Below the pieces are notes generated by a model, which worked only from the letters and a program-made list of their open reading frames with translations, was not told the origin of the DNA and made no database searches. Positions 60,205 to 64,000 of a stretch of 64,000 nucleotides of DNA are shown here, piece after piece (position 1 is the stretch's first letter; every line of letters begins with the position of its first letter). The position numbers and the translations under genes were made by a program. The stretch covers positions 7,144 to 71,143 of the forward strand of contig CAZVKG010000011.1 in assembly GCA_964627665.1 (NCBI GenBank). Direction: 5' to 3'. This DNA is from an uncultured Eubacteriales bacterium. GTDB taxonomy: Bacteria; Bacillota; Clostridia; Lachnospirales; Vallitaleaceae.

Positions 60205-61281
60205 CTTTCGTTTATACATCATGAATAATTCATCTTTTGTTACCTCAAATGGGTAATTCTTTAACTTTTCTTGATTAAGCATCATTTGATCAACATACAT
60301 TAACATTTGATCATCTGTTAAATTCAAAGCAGGTAATAAGACATCCACTTCTTTCTCAAAATCTTCAATCGCATGAAATCCCAAACACTTTAATAATCGG
60401 TTCACTTTATCTTGATCTTGATATAATCGCAAATAACCGCTAGTCAAAATTCCATTAGCATGACCGTGAGACAGTCCGTGATGGTAGGTCAAAAAATACC
60501 CCATACCATGCGGTAAGCTTGTTCCTGTCTGGGATATAGCCATGCCGGCAAATGTTGATGCGGCAATGAAATATTGCATATGCGTCTCATCAATATTTTC
60601 TGCTTGAATTCTTGGAAACCCTTTGGCCCACAATGATAAGCCCGCCTCGACAATGCCGTCACTATATTCTGTCGCATTGGTATTTAGATAACTCTCGACA
60701 AGATGTGTCAGCGCATCAATACAGGTATGTAGCCGCACATGAATACTCATGGTTAAAAAGTAACGCACATCCAAAAAAGCAATTTCCGGAAATACTCTAC
60801 ACTTAAAATTCCGTTTTGTTTGATCCTTATGCACCGTTAAAATGGAATAGGGCGTCACCTCGCTACCCGTTCCGGCTGTTGTTGGAACAGCAATAACAGG
60901 AAGTGCTTTCGCACCAGATGTCTCAAATAAAATCTTCTCCTCAGGTTCATGAGGATTTTTAAGCAATACGGCAATAGCTTTTGCTGCATCGAGCGGCGAT
61001 CCGCCACCGATACCGATAACAAACTCTGCCTCTTTGTATACATTTGCACCATCTATCACATTTTCAATCGAAGGATTCTCTTCAACCTGATCAAAAATAC
61101 GATAGTCAATGTTCACTGCCTTTAATGCATCTTCAACATCTCCAAGCGATCCATTGATTTTGGAAGAATGACCTCCGGTGACAATCAAGGCATGCTTTCC
61201 ATAATCTAATAATAGTTGCCCTTTTTCCTCTATAATCTTCTTACCGTCAAATAATTTTGTTGGCATATAAAATTGCTTCAT
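60178..61281 (-). CDS. Iron-containing alcohol dehydrogenase family protein
   Basis: GIGGGSPLDAAK, PTTAGTGSEVT, DALTH.VES, H.....L...HG metal ligands. Confidence 0.93.
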   Translation of the reverse strand: MKQFYMPTKLFDGKKIIEEKGQLLLDYGKHALIVTGGHSSKINGSLGDVEDALKAVNIDYRIFDQVEENPSIENVIDGANVYKEAEFVIGIGGGSPLDAAKAIAVLLKNPHEPEEKILFETSGAKALPVIAVPTTAGTGSEVTPYSILTVHKDQTKRNFKCRVFPEIAFLDVRYFLTMSIHVRLHTCIDALTHLVESYLNTNATEYSDGIVEAGLSLWAKGFPRIQAENIDETHMQYFIAASTFAGMAISQTGTSLPHGMGYFLTYHHGLSHGHANGILTSGYLRLYQDQDKVNRLLKCLGFHAIEDFEKEVDVLLPALNLTDDQMLMYVDQMMLNQEKLKNYPFEVTKDELFMMYKRKSSQAESNR

Positions 61282-61381
61282 TAACTAAGGCCTCCTTGCT
61301 TCATTTACGTTATATTAAAACCCCTTATCCAAAAAGGGACATTCACATGAGCTCCTAATCAGAGCGTTCTTTTTTAATGTT

Positions 61382-63100
61382 CTAGACAATAATATAGGCT
61401 CCGCCACCTTGTTCTTTCACTTTATACATTGCTTGATCACTTAGTCGCACATAATCTTCCAAGGTCAACCCTCTACTAAAATCGTAATGGGCAATCCCGA
61501 TACTTGCACTTAATGCATACTGTTTGTTATTCGATGTTTCAACAATTGTGATTTGATCAAGAACACGTTTTGCTGCTTTTTTAATCTCCTCTTCTTTTTT
61601 CAAATTAAGGAGAATAACAAATTCATCACCGCCATACCGTATAATAATATCATCATTACGTAGTGATTGTCGCAAACGTCGACTAATTGTTTGAAGAATA
61701 TAATCCCCTTCCTCATGTCCATATGTATCATTAATACTTTTGAATCCATCTAAATCCAAAAACATGACATACAGTTTATGAGGCACAATTTCATTCAAGG
61801 ATTCTTTTCCTAATTCATCAAAATACAAGCGATTATAAAGTCCTGTCAGAGGATCAATCATGGCACTCATGGCAAGAAGTTCGTTTTCTTTAATCTTACT
61901 CACAAAACTATTCAGCACAATCGCAGTCATCGCTATCATTGCATTAAAAATGGCCACTGGTACATATGAAATAAGCTCATCTGAAATTTGATAAATCAAA
62001 GCAATCAAAAAGTTAATCGATACTAGAAAAAACATATTGCGTACAAAGACATTTTTCCAAAAATTTCGGGCCGATATAATAATCAAGCTGAATAAAACAA
62101 TCAGAGCTATCCATAGATAGATATCTAAAAATCGACTATAAACATCATGACTATTCAAACCAACAAACACAGCAATAAAAAGGCACAAAAAGAAGACTAT
62201 TTTTTGTACCCATTTCCCTTTTATGTAAGGTGTTCGACTAAGCATCATTAACGTAAACACCGGCAATATCATATATCCACTCATATATTCTAATCGAACC
62301 AACCAATCCCACGATATTCCTGAACCAATATACATAATCGGACGACTCGACGTCACTGATAAACGCGTAAACATAATCATATTGAGTATAGCTAGATAAA
62401 TGACACTAGAATCATACTTAATTATAAAATAAAAACTGATTAAAACAAAAAAAATAATAAGAAAACCGATTAAAAAAGCAACATCAATCACACGCTTATT
62501 ATTATAATCATTAAAGATCAAATCCGGTTGCCCGATTTGCATTGGTGTCCAAAACAATCCATCCGGATATTCATAGTTACTGATTTCAACAGCTAGTCGA
62601 ATATTCCCTTCCCCATTACTATAAATGGTTCCGGCCTTTGCCTTCCATTCAGAGACGTGAGAATTTTTATCGTCTGACATAGTTCCATTTGAAAAAACTA
62701 ATAAATCATTAGCATATAGATTAAATGCAGTGACTTGACTTCCTGAATATATTGCATATGCTGTATTCGGCGTCAAGTCACTAATCTCCATCGTATAGGT
62801 ACCATATCTGTAAAAGTGCTTGTTAGTATTCGTACCTCGATTCTCGGGAATAGTTATCAAGGTATTTGTTGAGACATCAGAAATCTCATCCAATCGTTTA
62901 GCATCATAATATTTCCATTCGCCTTTTAGTTTCACAATGATTTTTTTTGAATCAAGCTCGGGTAACCCCACTTGCCCATTCTCGATTTTAGCATCAACCG
63001 TCGTTACACTTCCATCTTGGATCATATAATATCCTAAATAGGTTAAAAGCATACATAAGAATACGAATATTAGGGTAAATTTATATCGTTTCTTCATCAA
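61382..63100 (-). CDS. Membrane diguanylate cyclase (7TM-DISM-like sensor + GGDEF)
   Basis: Extracellular beta-domain (LKGEWKYY), about 7 TM helices, DPLTGLYNR, DLDGFKSINDTYGH, RxxD I-site (RNDD), RYGGDEF. Confidence 0.93.
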   Translation of the reverse strand: MMKKRYKFTLIFVFLCMLLTYLGYYMIQDGSVTTVDAKIENGQVGLPELDSKKIIVKLKGEWKYYDAKRLDEISDVSTNTLITIPENRGTNTNKHFYRYGTYTMEISDLTPNTAYAIYSGSQVTAFNLYANDLLVFSNGTMSDDKNSHVSEWKAKAGTIYSNGEGNIRLAVEISNYEYPDGLFWTPMQIGQPDLIFNDYNNKRVIDVAFLIGFLIIFFVLISFYFIIKYDSSVIYLAILNMIMFTRLSVTSSRPIMYIGSGISWDWLVRLEYMSGYMILPVFTLMMLSRTPYIKGKWVQKIVFFLCLFIAVFVGLNSHDVYSRFLDIYLWIALIVLFSLIIISARNFWKNVFVRNMFFLVSINFLIALIYQISDELISYVPVAIFNAMIAMTAIVLNSFVSKIKENELLAMSAMIDPLTGLYNRLYFDELGKESLNEIVPHKLYVMFLDLDGFKSINDTYGHEEGDYILQTISRRLRQSLRNDDIIIRYGGDEFVILLNLKKEEEIKKAAKRVLDQITIVETSNNKQYALSASIGIAHYDFSRGLTLEDYVRLSDQAMYKVKEQGGGAYIIV

Positions 63101-63117
63101 AGACTCCTTATCAATGA

Positions 63118-64000
63118 CTAATCTAAGTGACCTACAATAAGATATATTGTCCCTTGACTTAATTTTACCGGAATGCGATAAAGGGTTTTTTGCGGTCGAA
63201 CAAGTGCTTTTTCGACGTATGTGGGCGGTTTAAGAGTATACTCAATGTTTTGGTCTGAAAGATTCACTGCAAAAAGTCCTGTTGTTACATTTAAAAACTC
63301 CTGGCATGAATCAGCCGCGTAATCATCAAAGGATTCAAAGGATGTTTCCGCATATTTTTCCGCCAAATCTAACAGAATCTCACTCGATCCTCCAAATGCT
63401 GTAAAAAAAGTATCTTTTCCCACCAAATATTGAGATATTAAATGTTCATATTCCAATTCTTCGATACGTTGAACACGATCAATACTGACCTGTGTATCCA
63501 CAAATCGTATGAGATTTTTCACAAAGAGGGTCACAAAATCTATATAAAAATGCTGTGCTTCTACTTCCTTCTCAAAGGTCATAAATGCTGTAGTAATTAC
63601 ATGAACATCTCCGCTTTTTATTGCTTCGAATTGATTATCGTTGAGACCATACTCGATTTTATAAAGGCGGATTTCTTCCTCAAAAGATTCGTGGCTCATA
63701 ATTCCTTCTTCAATGAGCGTTTGTGCAAGCAATAATCGTTCTGATTTTTGTGCAGATAAGAGTGTTTCCAGTTGTTCTTCTGTCAGGTACCCCTGTTCTA
63801 TGGCAACTTCCCCAAAATATTTATCCATAATCGCTTGTTTATGATGTACGTTCTCAACTTCTTTTGCTGTCATATAGCCAAGATTAATGGCTAAGACTCC
63901 GAGTTTGAGATGTTTTGTATGCATCACGTCTAAAACATGTTTCATATCTTCAAGCTGAACAAGCCCTTTGTTTAACAAATAATTGCCAAAAAAAGCACTA
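63118..64000 (-). CDS. CheX-like protein with N-terminal MshEN-like helical repeats (5' end outside window)
   Basis: Frame is open to the window edge (...SAFFGNYLLNKG). C-terminal DSCQEFLN...PP is the CheC/CheX motif. N-terminal (F/L)Gxxhhxx G repeats. Confidence 0.7.
   Translation of the reverse strand, partial: SAFFGNYLLNKGLVQLEDMKHVLDVMHTKHLKLGVLAINLGYMTAKEVENVHHKQAIMDKYFGEVAIEQGYLTEEQLETLLSAQKSERLLLAQTLIEEGIMSHESFEEEIRLYKIEYGLNDNQFEAIKSGDVHVITTAFMTFEKEVEAQHFYIDFVTLFVKNLIRFVDTQVSIDRVQRIEELEYEHLISQYLVGKDTFFTAFGGSSEILLDLAEKYAETSFESFDDYAADSCQEFLNVTTGLFAVNLSDQNIEYTLKPPTYVEKALVRPQKTLYRIPVKLSQGTIYLIVGHLD

Noticed and set aside
1158-63735. Many short ORFs (60-140 aa) in the ORF track overlapping long genes
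   Set aside because: They are antisense or out-of-frame shadows of well-supported CDSs, with no recognisable motifs.
1-64000. CRISPR array, prophage, integrase or transposase genes
   Set aside because: I saw no regularly spaced repeat-spacer array, and no ORF has cas, phage or recombinase motifs.

Overview
A 64-kb, AT-rich chromosomal window from a Clostridia-class firmicute. The gene content resembles Lachnospirales, but this is inferred, not determined. Most genes lie on the minus strand. I saw no prophage, integrase, transposase or CRISPR array. Left to right: a 5'-truncated AraC regulator; a DUF4015 glycoside hydrolase/polysaccharide deacetylase fusion lipoprotein; a XylFII-LytS-YesN-XylF-like sugar-sensing cluster; two convergent RlmH-like genes; a DUF815 ATPase; an AI-2E transporter; a C39-like peptidase lipoprotein; a heterodimeric ABC exporter with a leader-peptide attenuator; topB; a TetR-MFP-RND efflux locus; a folate operon (folE-pabA-pabB-pabC-HD-folP-folBK); prsA; an operon of giant FN3/SLH surface proteins; a CD225/DUF2752 pair; a GH3 beta-xylosidase ABC/two-component locus; uppP; a small LexA-box gene; TolC-like, beta-propeller and SLH surface proteins; tRNA-Thr(CGT); an Fe-ADH; a diguanylate cyclase; and a 5'-truncated CheX-like protein. 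The most striking observations are: (1) the two RlmH paralogues have lost complementary halves of the composite active site, suggesting an obligate heterodimeric methyltransferase; (2) MshEN-like repeats are fused to a CheX-like phosphatase next to a diguanylate cyclase; (3) an unannotated 25-aa leader peptide with an antiterminator and two tandem terminators precedes the ABC exporter; (4) an uncharacterised 87-aa gene has a perfect SOS box in its promoter; (5) there are two long palindromic intergenic elements and a DnaA-box cluster. All family calls come from reading motifs by eye; no database search was run.
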